Counted from the first letter of the stretch, positions 27,856-37,703 are shown. The stretch: DNA of 64,000 nucleotides from Candidatus Uhrbacteria bacterium (GCA_943359525.1 CALRHV010000002.1:25040-89039); one strand, 5' to 3'. Numbers and translations: made by a program. Notes: generated by a model from the sequence alone, not told the origin.

Positions 27856-28854
27856 ATGCTAACGCCTGTTGCCGATTTTTCGTACGATTTGCCGGAGGAA
27901 CTGATCGCGCAGATTCCCATCGAGCCGCGGGATGCCTCGAGGTTTTTGGTGCTCGATCGAAATTCTGGCGAGATTCGTCATCGCGATCGATTTTCCGAAA
28001 TCATCGATGAGCTGAACGCTGGCGATGTGCTCGTCTTTAATGTCTCAAAGGTTTTTAAAGCGCGCTTACAGATCGATGGCTTTGAGGTTTTCGTTCTCAA
28101 AGTTCGCGACGGGGAGATCGACGCTCTGGTGAAGCCTGGGCGAAAGGCGGGAATCGGTTTCCGCATCGGCGACCTCGAGGTCGTCTCAAAGACGGAAGAC
28201 GGGATCGTAACACTGAAATCCTCGATGACGGTGCCTGAGATGTTCGCGTTCTGCGAATCTGCCGGATCGGTGCCAACGCCACCATACGTCACGGCCGAGC
28301 TTGCTGATCCGGATCGTTACCAAACCGTTTACGCGAAATCGATCGGATCAGTCGCTGCGCCAACCGCCGGGCTTCACTTCACTCCTGAACTCATCGATCG
28401 AGCACGGTCGAAGGGCGTGCAGATCGAAGAAGTGACGCTTCACGTGGGAATCGGAACCTTCCGCCCGGTACAAACCGATCACATCGAGGATCACGTGATG
28501 CACGCCGAGTTTGTGGAGATTGATGCATTGACTGCGCAGAGGATTCGATCGGCGAAAAACGAGTGTCGGCGAGTCATCGCAGTCGGCACCACCACGGTTC
28601 GTGTGCTTGAGGGGGTTGTCGCCACGATCGGAGAGCTTGCAGAATATCGAGGAGAGTTGAACGTTTTTATTACTCCAGGATTCCGATTCCAAATTGTCGA
28701 CGGACTTGTTACGAATTTTCATCTTCCAAAATCGACTCTCTTGATGCTTGTTTCCGCGTTCGCCGGTCGCGATCATGTTCTTACCGCCTATCAAGAAGCT
28801 ATCGTTCAGAAATATCGCTTCTTCTCCTTTGGCGACGCGATGTTTATCCGCTAA
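27856..28854 (+). CDS. queA: S-adenosylmethionine:tRNA ribosyltransferase-isomerase
   Basis: N-terminus FSYDLPEELIAQIPIEPRDASRFLVL... and the full QueA-like length and motifs. Confidence 0.88.
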   Translation: MLTPVADFSYDLPEELIAQIPIEPRDASRFLVLDRNSGEIRHRDRFSEIIDELNAGDVLVFNVSKVFKARLQIDGFEVFVLKVRDGEIDALVKPGRKAGIGFRIGDLEVVSKTEDGIVTLKSSMTVPEMFAFCESAGSVPTPPYVTAELADPDRYQTVYAKSIGSVAAPTAGLHFTPELIDRARSKGVQIEEVTLHVGIGTFRPVQTDHIEDHVMHAEFVEIDALTAQRIRSAKNECRRVIAVGTTTVRVLEGVVATIGELAEYRGELNVFITPGFRFQIVDGLVTNFHLPKSTLLMLVSAFAGRDHVLTAYQEAIVQKYRFFSFGDAMFIR

Positions 28855-28903
28855 TTCTTGCGGTTTCTGTAAAAATCTGTAAGAATTTTCGTGGAGGCGC
28901 GGC

Positions 28904-29353
28904 ATGGTCAGTCGACAAAGAAATAGTATTCTTTTCTTTCTCCAGGATGACGGTCTTCGGGAAATGCTTTTGGAGTCAGCACGGACGGAGGGCTGGAATG
29001 CCTTTGGCGCTGCGGACAGTCACAATGCGTTTCAACTGTTCGGAACGATCGGCGAGAGTCTGGCGCTCGTGGTCACCGACGACATGACCGGTCCAGACGA
29101 GGGCAGGAATCGGGGTATGAGGATGGGTGTCGAATTTCTGCAGCAACGGAATGCACACTTGTTTGTCGCGAATATTCCCTTCGTGCTTCTCATGTTTACT
29201 CACCGAAGGAACATTGAGGATTGGGCGAACAGTGTAGGCGGTTGGACGGTGGTGATGCCGTCTCGAGTCGGCGTGCTCCTTGAGCTTTTTCGTCAGCTCG
29301 AGCGCGACCATCAGCTTCCGCTAAAACCGCGATCTCGGTCGGGCGAACTGTGA
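28904..29353 (+). CDS. Hypothetical protein with a CheY-like receiver-domain-like fold (atypical)
   Basis: ILFFLQDDG...LVVTDDMTGPDEG is loosely receiver-like. No output domain. Confidence 0.35.
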   Translation: MVSRQRNSILFFLQDDGLREMLLESARTEGWNAFGAADSHNAFQLFGTIGESLALVVTDDMTGPDEGRNRGMRMGVEFLQQRNAHLFVANIPFVLLMFTHRRNIEDWANSVGGWTVVMPSRVGVLLELFRQLERDHQLPLKPRSRSGEL

Positions 29354-29420
29354 GATACGCTCAGGCAACGGGGCCGCCGGGAACGATTCTCGGCGGTCTT
29401 CGCTTTAAAAACCGTTCTAT

Positions 29421-29519
29421 TTGGTCAATTTTCGACTTCCTTCATCACAAATTTCCTCAACGTACCAAGAAGTACGTCTCGGAAAATTTGTTCGAAGCGC
29501 ATCGAAACTTGCCGCAAAT
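29421..29519. repeat. Conserved upstream element, copy B (core cgtaccaagaagtacg at 29461..29476), in the 345-nt leader of rpsB
   Basis: See copy A at 8762..8860. Confidence 0.6.
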
Positions 29520-29699
29520 ATAACAGTTTTTGTGAGATCGAATTTGCCATATTTCGCAAACTTTAGTACTATTTTGCCGTCTTCTGCGGGCACTTATTCA
29601 CGCAAAATCTCACAGGTTGCTGATACATCATCGATTGGATTCCTCCCTTCGCAGAAAAGGGCTCCACGATACAGCAGCTGAGGTTAAAAAGGATTCACT

Positions 29700-30584
29700 A
29701 TGGCAAAGATGCCAACATTGTTAGAGATGCTTAAGGCCGGAGTTCACTTTGGTCACCAGTCCAGTCGTTGGCACCCAAAGATGAAGGAATTTATTTTTGG
29801 AGAGCGCGGCGGTGTGCACATTATCGATATTGAGAAGACGCAGACACAATTGGAGCGCGCGATGACCTTTGTGACAGAAACGACCGCTCGCGGCGGATCA
29901 ATTGTATTTGTTGGAACAAAGCGTCAAGCTCAGCCAATCGTTGAAGCGTTTGCAAAGGAAGTAGGCATGCCATACATCAACACGCGTTGGTTGGGAGGAA
30001 CGCTTACAAACTTCGCACAGATTCAGAAGCTTATTCGTCACTTCTTGGACCTCAAGGACAAGTCTGCAAAGGGCGAGCTCAAGAAGTACACCAAGTTGGA
30101 ACAGCTCCAGTTCTCCCGCGAAATCGAAGAACTTGATGAAAAGATTGGTGGACTTTCCACACTCACAAAGCTTCCAGACGCATTGTTCATCTTGGACGCA
30201 CGTCATGAGAAAACTGCCGTGCGCGAAGCAACAACGATGGGTGTGACGATGGTCGCGCTTGTGGATAGCAATGTGAACCCACGCGGTATTCGTTATGTTA
30301 TTCCAGGAAACGACGACGCAGTTGGTAGCTTAGCGATGGTGACGGAGCTTATTGCAGCAGCAGTGAAGGAAGGAAAAACTCGCGCAACAACTCTTGCGAA
30401 CGAAAAGGCCGCAGCTGCAGCAATCGTCCGCGTGAATGCAGAAGATGATGTAAAATTGACCGACAGTTCTCGTGCTGCGGTAGACGACTTGGACGACGCA
30501 ACAAAGGAAGAGCTCGCAGTAAAGGCTGGCGTTGCAAAGGCAGAAGCCAAGCCAGAAGTACGCAAGCCAGAAGGAAAGAAATAA
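29700..30584 (+). CDS. rpsB: 30S ribosomal protein S2 with Lys/Glu/Ala-rich C-terminal extension
   Basis: MAKMPTLLEMLKAGVHFGHQSSRWHPKMKEFIFGERGGVHIIDIEKT... is classic S2. Confidence 0.92.
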   Translation: MAKMPTLLEMLKAGVHFGHQSSRWHPKMKEFIFGERGGVHIIDIEKTQTQLERAMTFVTETTARGGSIVFVGTKRQAQPIVEAFAKEVGMPYINTRWLGGTLTNFAQIQKLIRHFLDLKDKSAKGELKKYTKLEQLQFSREIEELDEKIGGLSTLTKLPDALFILDARHEKTAVREATTMGVTMVALVDSNVNPRGIRYVIPGNDDAVGSLAMVTELIAAAVKEGKTRATTLANEKAAAAAIVRVNAEDDVKLTDSSRAAVDDLDDATKEELAVKAGVAKAEAKPEVRKPEGKK

Positions 30585-30596
30585 TCGAATACCACT

Positions 30597-31187
30597 ATGG
30601 CAATCAACGCCAGTGACGTTGCGAAGCTCCGCGAAATGAGTGGTGCGGGAATGATGGACGCCAAGCGTGCGCTTGAAGAAGCGGGCGGCGACATGGAAAA
30701 GGCAATCGACGCATTGCGCGTGAGTGGTGCAGCAAAGGCAGCAAAGAAGTCGGATCGCGTGACGGCAGAAGGCAAAGTCTTCGCCTACGCTCATGGCGAC
30801 AAGCTCGCAGTGCTCGTCGAAGTGTTGTGTGAAACAGACTTCGTGGCGCGCAACGAGAAGTTCGTGGCTTTCGGTGCCGATCTTGCAATGCATGTTGCTG
30901 CAAGTGCGCCACAATATGTATCGCGCGACCAGGTTCCAGCAGACGTGATTGACCGTGAAAAGGCCGTGTATCGCGAGCAGCTTTCTCAAGAAGGCAAGCC
31001 TGCGGAAATGATTGAAAAGATTCTCGACGGCAAGCTGAACAAGTTCTTTGCAGACATCTGTTTGCTTGAACAAGTCTTCATCAAAGACGACGAAAAGACC
31101 GTTCAGCAGCTTCTCACCGAAAACATCACCGCCATCGGTGAAAACCTCCGCATCGGCCGCATGGTTCGCATGCAGCTGGGAGCGTAA
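30597..31187 (+). CDS. tsf: Elongation factor Ts (short form)
   Basis: ...VAKLREMSGAGMMDAKRALEEAGGDMEKAIDALR... is the UBA-like N-terminus plus a dimerisation core. It lies downstream of rpsB. Confidence 0.9.
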   Translation: MAINASDVAKLREMSGAGMMDAKRALEEAGGDMEKAIDALRVSGAAKAAKKSDRVTAEGKVFAYAHGDKLAVLVEVLCETDFVARNEKFVAFGADLAMHVAASAPQYVSRDQVPADVIDREKAVYREQLSQEGKPAEMIEKILDGKLNKFFADICLLEQVFIKDDEKTVQQLLTENITAIGENLRIGRMVRMQLGA

Positions 31188-31194
31188 GTTATCG

Positions 31195-31221
31195 GTCATC
31201 CTCGCGCATGCGGGGATCCAG
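31195..31221. repeat. Palindromic repeat family 2 (GTCATCC[C/T]CGCG.AGGCGGGGATCCAG). Other copies are at 40646..40718 (two inverted units), 42082..42108 and 57377..57443.
   Basis: Near-identical GC hairpin units. They translate to the spurious VIPAQAGIQ-type peptide in overlapping ORFs. Confidence 0.7.
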
Positions 31222-31278
31222 CCATCGAATAAACACAACACCGAGCTCAAGGGCTCGGTGTTGTGTTGTAGAATAGGG

Positions 31279-32860
31279 ATGAAATCTTTCTCTATGCTGG
31301 AATCTGAGCAGTATCGTGCGTTAAAAAAGAATCCCGAAGCACGTGACTATCGTTATGCCATGGCGAAGGCGTTGAACATCGCTCGGAAATATGACGGAAC
31401 CGAACAGGCGTATCACGATCTGTTTGCCGCCCTGGAGACGGTCGAGGAAGGGATCCTCACATCGCCGAGCTTGCAGGAATCGAGCATCGCAACGCGCGAC
31501 GCCGAGGCTGCGCTCGCATTTGCGCCAAAGCACCCAAGAGAAGTGAATGACGTGTTGGATATTGCGAATGCATCGTTGCAGCGAGTTATTCATCGCGCTA
31601 TTGAAGATCCAGATGCGAGTAATACGTTGTTGATGAATCGTATTCCCGGCGTGTTATTGCCGCCAGGCGCTGGAACCGTCACGATCGGCGATGAAACGAA
31701 GTTCGAGGCGGCGCGATTTGAGCCGCGGCTTGAAGAAGTGATGAGCCTTCTCAAGACTCTCGGTGTGTTTTCTGATGATGTTATTGTAACAACTGGCGAT
31801 ACTCCCGAAGAAAAAATGCGTGAAGTCAGTTATATTGCCATCGATATTCCTCGGCTTGATCGGATGATTTTGGTGTGTAATCAGGTTGGTGAAGCGACAT
31901 TTGTCATCGCCGGTCGCATTCCGGTGCGCACCCTGCTTTCGACGAGTAAAGAAGATTTGTCAGAACTTTCTGCCGACCGCGTGACGAAAATTATTAAGAA
32001 TCAGCAATGGGCAGAGCGGCTCGTCCACGCGCTTACACATGGCATTGATGGTGCGATGACGCCACCAATGGCGAAGATTGATGTTCGCGCCGAAGATCGG
32101 GAAATGTTGCGTGCGGAGCTTCTCAGAAAATATCCTACGTCAGCAGAATGGATGGACGAGTATCGGAGAGATAAGTTGCAGGGCGATGACGTTGAGGCAT
32201 ACGGAAGAAAACTTCAATACCTCACGACCCGTTTTGGATTCAGTGGCTCTGCAAGAAGGATTGCAGCCTTTATTAAGCTTGGGCGAAAAATTTACGGAGA
32301 GAACGACGCACTATTGATGGCAGAATGGCTTCGTTTTGGTGAACGAACGCCAGAAGAATGGCGCGAGGCGATTATAAAAAAAATACACTACATTTCCCGA
32401 CTGGATGCAAGCGTACGCTCAGGGTACTGGCCCGGGGCGACTTGGACGAAAAATTGACGTTGACGGAAGAAGGCTTAGTTTTCTGGCGTTGCGAATGGGA
32501 ATTCAGGAGAACCCCTATGCGCGGGCAAACTTTTTGTTGTTGAGTCAGAAAATTTACGGAGAGAATAATCCAGACATCCTGAAAGAAATTGAGTATATTC
32601 GCGAGCGAACGTTGGAGGAATGGCGCTTTGAAATTCTTAAAGAATATCCAACATCGGTTGATTGGCTTACTGAATTTCGGCAAAATAATCAAGGGAAAGG
32701 CATCAATATTGACGGAAGAGGCTTGACGTTCCTTGGAACACAATTCGGTATACACGGTGATCCTCGGGCAATCCGAAATCTCATTATGTTAACCGGAATG
32801 ATCTACGGCGAGGATGATCCGTTTGTTCGTCGAGAGCGTGAACGGCTTGGGATGGTATAG
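31279..32860 (+). pseudogene. Repeat-containing hypothetical protein interrupted by a +1 frameshift at an A8 tract (32375..32382). The frame-1 part is 31279..32457. The repeat motif continues in frame 2 as ORF 32405..32860.
   Basis: Three ~55-aa repeats (...YPTS[AV][ED]W[ML].E[YF]R..N.QG...GR.L.[FY]L....G..G......[FL].L...IYGEN[DN]...EEWR.EI[IL]K[KE]). Repeat 1 is in frame 1. Repeats 2 and 3 are in frame 2, starting right after the A8 run (KKYTTFPDWMQAYAQGTG... aligns to KEYPTSVDWLTEFRQNNQGKG). Confidence 0.6.
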
Positions 32861-32887
32861 ACGAATCATGATAAAATGCTCTCATCT

Positions 32888-33889
32888 ATGCCTCGCATTG
32901 CTATTAATGGGTTTGGTCGAATCGGACGAACGGTGTTAAAGGTGGGTTGGGAGAAGAAGGGATTCGACGTTGTCGCGATTAATGACCTTACCGATGCCGC
33001 AACGCTGGCGTATCTTTTGAAGCACGATACCAATTACGGAACATGGGGCGTTGAGGTGAGTCACACTGAGGATTCGCTCATCGTCGGCGGAAAAACAATA
33101 CGACTCCTCGGTGAGAAAGATCCTGCGGCATTGCCGTGGAAAGATTTAGATATTGATATCGTGATTGAATCGACGGGATTGTTTGTTACGGAGGAAAAAG
33201 CGAGCGTGCATCTGGCGGCCGGAGCGAAACGTGTGATTATTTCTGCGCCAGCAAAAGGTGGGAATGTTCCAACGTTTGTGATGGGTGTGAATGATGCGAA
33301 GTTGAAGGGGGAGAAAGCTGGGATTCTCAGTAACGCATCATGCACCACGAATTGTGTGGCGCCGGTTTCCGCGATTATTGAGGAAGCTTTCGGCATCGAG
33401 AAGGCGATGATGACGACGGTGCATGGATACACGGCGTCGCAGGCGCTCGTCGATTCGCCAAAGAAGGATATGCGCGAAGGGCGTGCGGCTGCCGAGAATA
33501 TGGTGCCAACTTCAACTGGCGCAGCAATTGCAGTAGCTTTGACCATTCCTTCGCTGAAGAATCGATTTGATGGATTATCGATTCGTGTTCCGGTGCCGAC
33601 GGTGTCGCTTTCGGACATGACGTTCCTTTTGAAGAAGGATGTCACCATTGAAGAGGTGAACGCGGCGATTCTTGCTGCGGTGAAAACGCCGCGCTTCTCA
33701 TCGATCGTGGGAACGACGGATGAGCCGCTCGTTTCGTCCGACTTCATCGGCGATCCACACTCGGCGACCGTCGATCTTTCATTAACGAATGTCGTCGACG
33801 GCAATCTCGTGAAAGTCGTCGCGTGGTACGACAACGAGTGGGGCTATTCACACAGCCTTGTTGAACTTTGCTTATCATCAGTAAAATAA
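32888..33889 (+). CDS. gap: Glyceraldehyde-3-phosphate dehydrogenase, type I
   Basis: MPRIAINGFGRIGR... plus the active site SNASCTTNCVAPV. Confidence 0.92.
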   Translation: MPRIAINGFGRIGRTVLKVGWEKKGFDVVAINDLTDAATLAYLLKHDTNYGTWGVEVSHTEDSLIVGGKTIRLLGEKDPAALPWKDLDIDIVIESTGLFVTEEKASVHLAAGAKRVIISAPAKGGNVPTFVMGVNDAKLKGEKAGILSNASCTTNCVAPVSAIIEEAFGIEKAMMTTVHGYTASQALVDSPKKDMREGRAAAENMVPTSTGAAIAVALTIPSLKNRFDGLSIRVPVPTVSLSDMTFLLKKDVTIEEVNAAILAAVKTPRFSSIVGTTDEPLVSSDFIGDPHSATVDLSLTNVVDGNLVKVVAWYDNEWGYSHSLVELCLSSVK

Positions 33890-33892
33890 AAT

Positions 33893-34390
33893 ATGCGTAC
33901 ACAATCCACACTTGGGAAAATTGCAGAGACCACACATGAGAAGAGTTTTGGTGCGGCGTATGTTGCGCTTCGGGTTCTTCTTGGCGGAATGTTTCTTACG
34001 ACGGGATGGGCAAAGATCTCAACTGATTGGAGCGCTGCAACGTATCTTGCAGCAGCCGATGGCCCATTTTCGGAATGGTTCCGATCGTTGGCAGGGAACG
34101 GTGTGATCGATGCGATGAATGCGTGGGGACTGTTCCTGCTTGGCATCGCATTACTCTTCGGTCTTCTGACGCGACCCGCAGCAATTCTCGGAATGCTGCT
34201 GATGACACTGTATTACTTGGCGCATTTCGTGAGCAACACGGCAATGGGATATATCGATCAACACGTCATTTACGCCGCCGTCCTCGCGCTTTTTGCTGCT
34301 GGCGGTGCCGGTCACGCGTTCGGATTGAACGCTATTGTTCTTGGGAATTTGCGGAAGTCGAATACTGTTGTGAAGTTTTTGTTTGGGTAG
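33893..34390 (+). CDS. DoxX family membrane protein
   Basis: LRVLLGGMFLTTGWAKI... on a 4-TM DoxX-like layout. Confidence 0.7.
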   Translation: MRTQSTLGKIAETTHEKSFGAAYVALRVLLGGMFLTTGWAKISTDWSAATYLAAADGPFSEWFRSLAGNGVIDAMNAWGLFLLGIALLFGLLTRPAAILGMLLMTLYYLAHFVSNTAMGYIDQHVIYAAVLALFAAGGAGHAFGLNAIVLGNLRKSNTVVKFLFG

Positions 34391-34423
34391 CGAACTGCCA
34401 AAATGTTTAGTCAGTCATTCTGA

Positions 34424-34497
34424 GCGTAGCGAAGAATCTCTCGTAGGGTTCTTCGGATCACATGCGAGAGATCCTTCACTTCGTTCAGGATGACTGA
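34424..34497. repeat. Palindromic repeat family 1 copy
   Basis: gtcattctgagcgtagcgaagaatctctcgtagg...cgagagatccttcacttcgttcaggatgac. Confidence 0.7.
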
Positions 34498-34527
34498 TGT
34501 GAGGCTATACGAAATTGGAATGTACGT

Positions 34528-35781
34528 ATGACCCAAACTCGGATCGTTATTGTTGGCGGTGGTTTTGGCGGCTTCAGTGTTGCTCGTCGGTTGCTCCGAT
34601 CCTCGATATCGAATCGCATCGCGGTGACTATTGTCGACCCGTCATCCGCATCGGTATACACGCCGTGGCTGTATGAAGTTGCGTCGGGTGGGTTACTTGA
34701 GGATTCGCTGCGTGCCGATCTTGTTCGTGCGACGGACATTCTGCTCGATCAATTTTCAGGAATCCGTTTCCGAAAATGCGCAATTCAGTCAGTCGATCCT
34801 GTTGTGCGCAATGTAATTTGCGCTGATGGATCGGCGATCCCGTACGATATTTGTGTATTTGCCGTGGGCAGTGTGTCGAATAATTTTGGTATTCCCGGCG
34901 TGAAGCAGTTCGCAACGGACCTGAAGCGCACGAGCGATGCACTCATGATTCGAACCGAACTCTCGAACATTATTCAGAGCTCCTCCACAAAAACAAAGCG
35001 CATTGTTATCGCTGGAGCTGGTGCGAGTGGAACAGAGTTTGCAGCAGAGCTCGTTGCAACGATTCGTGCGTTGGAAAAACGTGGCGCGATTGCGCATCGA
35101 TTTGTTGAAGTGATGCTTATTGACTCTGCGGACACGCCGCTACAGATGCTCTCGCCGTTTCTCCGAAAGAAAGCGCAGGCGCGTCTTCGTGATCTTGGCG
35201 TTGTACTGCGAATGAATACTGCGCTCGCAAATGTCGCAGAACATTCTGTGGGGTTGAAGCGTATTGTGAAGGGCATTCCTTCCGAGAAGATTGAGACGGT
35301 GTCCTGCGATTACTGCGTGACGGCACTTGGAGTAAAAATGCCAGAGATTGTTGCATTGTTGTTATTCGAGAAACATCCAAAAGGAAGAATATTGGTGGAC
35401 GATGCATTGCGTGTACTGGAATATCGAGACATCTTCGTTCTTGGCGATGCCGCATTTGTGAACAACGGAAAATATCCTGATCCGCAAACCGCGCAAGTTG
35501 CCGTTGAACAATCCATCGTCGTTGCGAAAAATATTGTTGCAATGATCACGAAACGTCCCGTTGTTTTGTATCGTCAGCGCAAGGCCTGGGACATTCTTAT
35601 TGCACTTGGCGGAAAGCATGCTGTTGGAAAGGCGTTTGGTGTTCCAATTTGGGGGTATACTGCATACATCCTTCGACGTTTGGTCGATGCTCGATATTTC
35701 TTTTCTGTCCTTCCACTGTGGAGCGCGTGCGTTCGCGTGGTGAAGGGCGTTGCAGTGTATGGTAAAAACGAAACTCCATAA
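34528..35781 (+). CDS. ndh: Type II NADH:quinone oxidoreductase (NDH-2) / FAD-dependent pyridine nucleotide-disulfide oxidoreductase
   Basis: N-terminal IVIVGGGFGG dinucleotide fold and a second GAGASGTEFAAEL NAD(P)-binding motif. Length fits NDH-2. Confidence 0.8.
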   Translation: MTQTRIVIVGGGFGGFSVARRLLRSSISNRIAVTIVDPSSASVYTPWLYEVASGGLLEDSLRADLVRATDILLDQFSGIRFRKCAIQSVDPVVRNVICADGSAIPYDICVFAVGSVSNNFGIPGVKQFATDLKRTSDALMIRTELSNIIQSSSTKTKRIVIAGAGASGTEFAAELVATIRALEKRGAIAHRFVEVMLIDSADTPLQMLSPFLRKKAQARLRDLGVVLRMNTALANVAEHSVGLKRIVKGIPSEKIETVSCDYCVTALGVKMPEIVALLLFEKHPKGRILVDDALRVLEYRDIFVLGDAAFVNNGKYPDPQTAQVAVEQSIVVAKNIVAMITKRPVVLYRQRKAWDILIALGGKHAVGKAFGVPIWGYTAYILRRLVDARYFFSVLPLWSACVRVVKGVAVYGKNETP

Positions 35782-36904
35782 GAATATTTCCTCGTGGACG
35801 GTTCGCGACATTTCGGACGACAGTCGGGTGCTGTTGCGCGTGGATGCGAACGTGCCAATGATAGATGGACGTGTGTCGATTCATGGTCGGCATCGATTGA
35901 AATCGATTCTTCCGGAAATCAATCGTCTTCGTTCTCGCGGCGCACGAATCGTTCTTATCGCACACCTCGGCGATCCAAAGGGGAAGTTTGTAAAATCACT
36001 TTCACTTGCCCCTGTTGCTCGAGCGTTAGCTCGCGTGATCGACCATCCTGTTCGATTCATTCCGCATCCGGTCGGCGAGGAAGCCGCTCGTGTCATCGAC
36101 CGGATGGCTCCGGGATCGATTGTGATGCTCGAAAATCTTCGATTCGACAAAGGCGAGGAAAAGAATAGTGCTGACTTTGCGAAACGTCTCGCCGAGCTCG
36201 GTGACGTGTACGTAAACAACGCATTTAGTGTTTGCCATCGGAAACACGCGTCGATGGTTGCGGTCACGAAGTGTTTGCCGAGTTTTGCTGGCGAGCTTGT
36301 TGTTCGCGAGGCTCGTGCGTTGCTCATGGTGCCAAAGCATCCATTCGTCCTCATCCTTGGCGGCATGAAGATTTCAACAAAGATCCCATTGATCAAACGT
36401 CTCGGTGCACACGCGAATGCAATTCTCATCGGCGGCGCAACGGCATTGACGATGTTGAAGGCCGATGTGGGATCACTTCCGGTGGACGTTCCGGAATTTA
36501 CGAAACCGAAGGACGTTGCGAGTGCAAAAACAATTGCAAAGAAATTTGGAACAAAAATCTATCTGCCGTGCGATCTTGTTGTGATGAAAAACAGTGTTCT
36601 CGATATTGGTCCATCAACGATCGAATCGTTCTGCACCGCAATCGCAAGCGGGAAGCACATTGTTTGGAACGGGCCAATGGGAATGACAAGTCGCGAAGAT
36701 GGGTTTGCCGGAACGCTCGCTATTGCAAAAGCTATCGCAAAAAACACGAAAGCCGTCAGCATCGTTGGCGGCGGTGAAACGGTTGAATGCCTTGAAGAGT
36801 TCGATCTTACCGATTCCTTCACCCACGTTTCCACTGGCGGCAGCGCCATGCTCGCATTCCTTGGTGGGGAAGCGATGCCAGGGCTTGAGGCACTCGCGAA
36901 ATAA
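35759..36904 (+). CDS. pgk: Phosphoglycerate kinase
   Basis: ...LLRVDANVPM.DG...IVLIAHLG.P.G... plus the C-terminal nucleotide-binding region. It overlaps the ndh stop. Confidence 0.9.
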   Translation: MVKTKLHKNISSWTVRDISDDSRVLLRVDANVPMIDGRVSIHGRHRLKSILPEINRLRSRGARIVLIAHLGDPKGKFVKSLSLAPVARALARVIDHPVRFIPHPVGEEAARVIDRMAPGSIVMLENLRFDKGEEKNSADFAKRLAELGDVYVNNAFSVCHRKHASMVAVTKCLPSFAGELVVREARALLMVPKHPFVLILGGMKISTKIPLIKRLGAHANAILIGGATALTMLKADVGSLPVDVPEFTKPKDVASAKTIAKKFGTKIYLPCDLVVMKNSVLDIGPSTIESFCTAIASGKHIVWNGPMGMTSREDGFAGTLAIAKAIAKNTKAVSIVGGGETVECLEEFDLTDSFTHVSTGGSAMLAFLGGEAMPGLEALAK

Positions 36905-36907
36905 TGT

Positions 36908-37219
36908 ATGACATGGCTTTTGGCCGCCATTGCTGCTCCTGCCATTTGGGCATTCACGAATGTTCTTGATCAGGACCTCGTGAATCGGCGTTCGAAGGAT
37001 CCGTTATTTCTCGTCGGTATTACAGGGTTGTTTTTTGGAATTCCTTCCATAATCGCCATGCTCACTGGAAGGTTTGTGATGCTTGAGGCAAAGGATCTTT
37101 TGCTCGCGTTCGCTGTTGCGGTGCTCGGGCTCCTTGCATACGCTCTCTACTTTTTTGCTCTACGGAACGATGACGTTGCGGATGTGATTTTCTTTCTGGA
37201 TTCGCGTGGGTATCATTAG
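36908..37219 (+). CDS. DMT-superfamily (EamA-like) half-size membrane protein, first of an adjacent pair; alternatively a split EamA transporter
   Basis: 103 aa with ~3-4 TM helices. It is followed 2 nt later, in another frame, by a second 104-aa EamA-like ORF. Confidence 0.45.
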   Translation: MTWLLAAIAAPAIWAFTNVLDQDLVNRRSKDPLFLVGITGLFFGIPSIIAMLTGRFVMLEAKDLLLAFAVAVLGLLAYALYFFALRNDDVADVIFFLDSRGYH

Positions 37220-37221
37220 CG

Positions 37222-37536
37222 ATGGTGTTTTGTGCAGCGATCCTTCTTGGCTCGCGATGGCATATTCGGCAGAAAAGGAATTCATGGAAGGATGTGGGTA
37301 CGTATGTCGTAGGCGAACTTTGTGATACGAGCGCAAGCTCCCTGAAGGCTTTTGCGCTGAGTCTTGGTCCGGCAAGCGTTGTTCAGGCACTCGAGGGAAT
37401 TCAGTCGTTATTTGTGATGGGATTTGAATCACTTGGTCTTGTTGGGAAGCGCATCCATCGAACGCGAACGCAGAAGGCTCGTATTATCGTTGCGTCGATA
37501 TTCGCGATAGCTGGGTTGCTGTTGATTGTGAGATGA
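37222..37536 (+). CDS. DMT-superfamily (EamA-like) half-size membrane protein, second of the pair
   Basis: ...GPASVVQALEGIQSLFVMGFESLGLVGKRIH...IIVASIFAIAGLLLI resembles an EamA C-terminal repeat. Confidence 0.45.
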   Translation: MVFCAAILLGSRWHIRQKRNSWKDVGTYVVGELCDTSASSLKAFALSLGPASVVQALEGIQSLFVMGFESLGLVGKRIHRTRTQKARIIVASIFAIAGLLLIVR

Positions 37537-37623
37537 ATGCAGTAAAAAGAGCTGATTCTTTGGAAGGGTTGTGAGGGAGATGGTTATGGTGTTTTGACGA
37601 GGTACTCCGTTTTTCGATTCTGC

Positions 37624-37703
37624 CGATGTTGTGTTGACACGACATTTCATCTGCAGAAACAGCAATGATTTCCACAATCAGATGTCGTGTCAACACAACA
37701 TCG
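37624..37703. repeat. Perfect 22-bp inverted repeat (cgatgttgtgttgacacgacat ... atgtcgtgtcaacacaacatcg) with a 36-nt spacer
   Basis: Exact reverse-complement arms at 37624..37645 and 37682..37703, with partially complementary flanks. No T-run follows. Confidence 0.7.

Noticed and set aside
32375-32382. Declaring programmed ribosomal frameshifting at the A8 tract
   Set aside because: The sequence alone cannot distinguish programmed slippage from a sequencing or assembly indel in a homopolymer, or from a genuine pseudogene. Reported as a frameshifted gene with alternatives.
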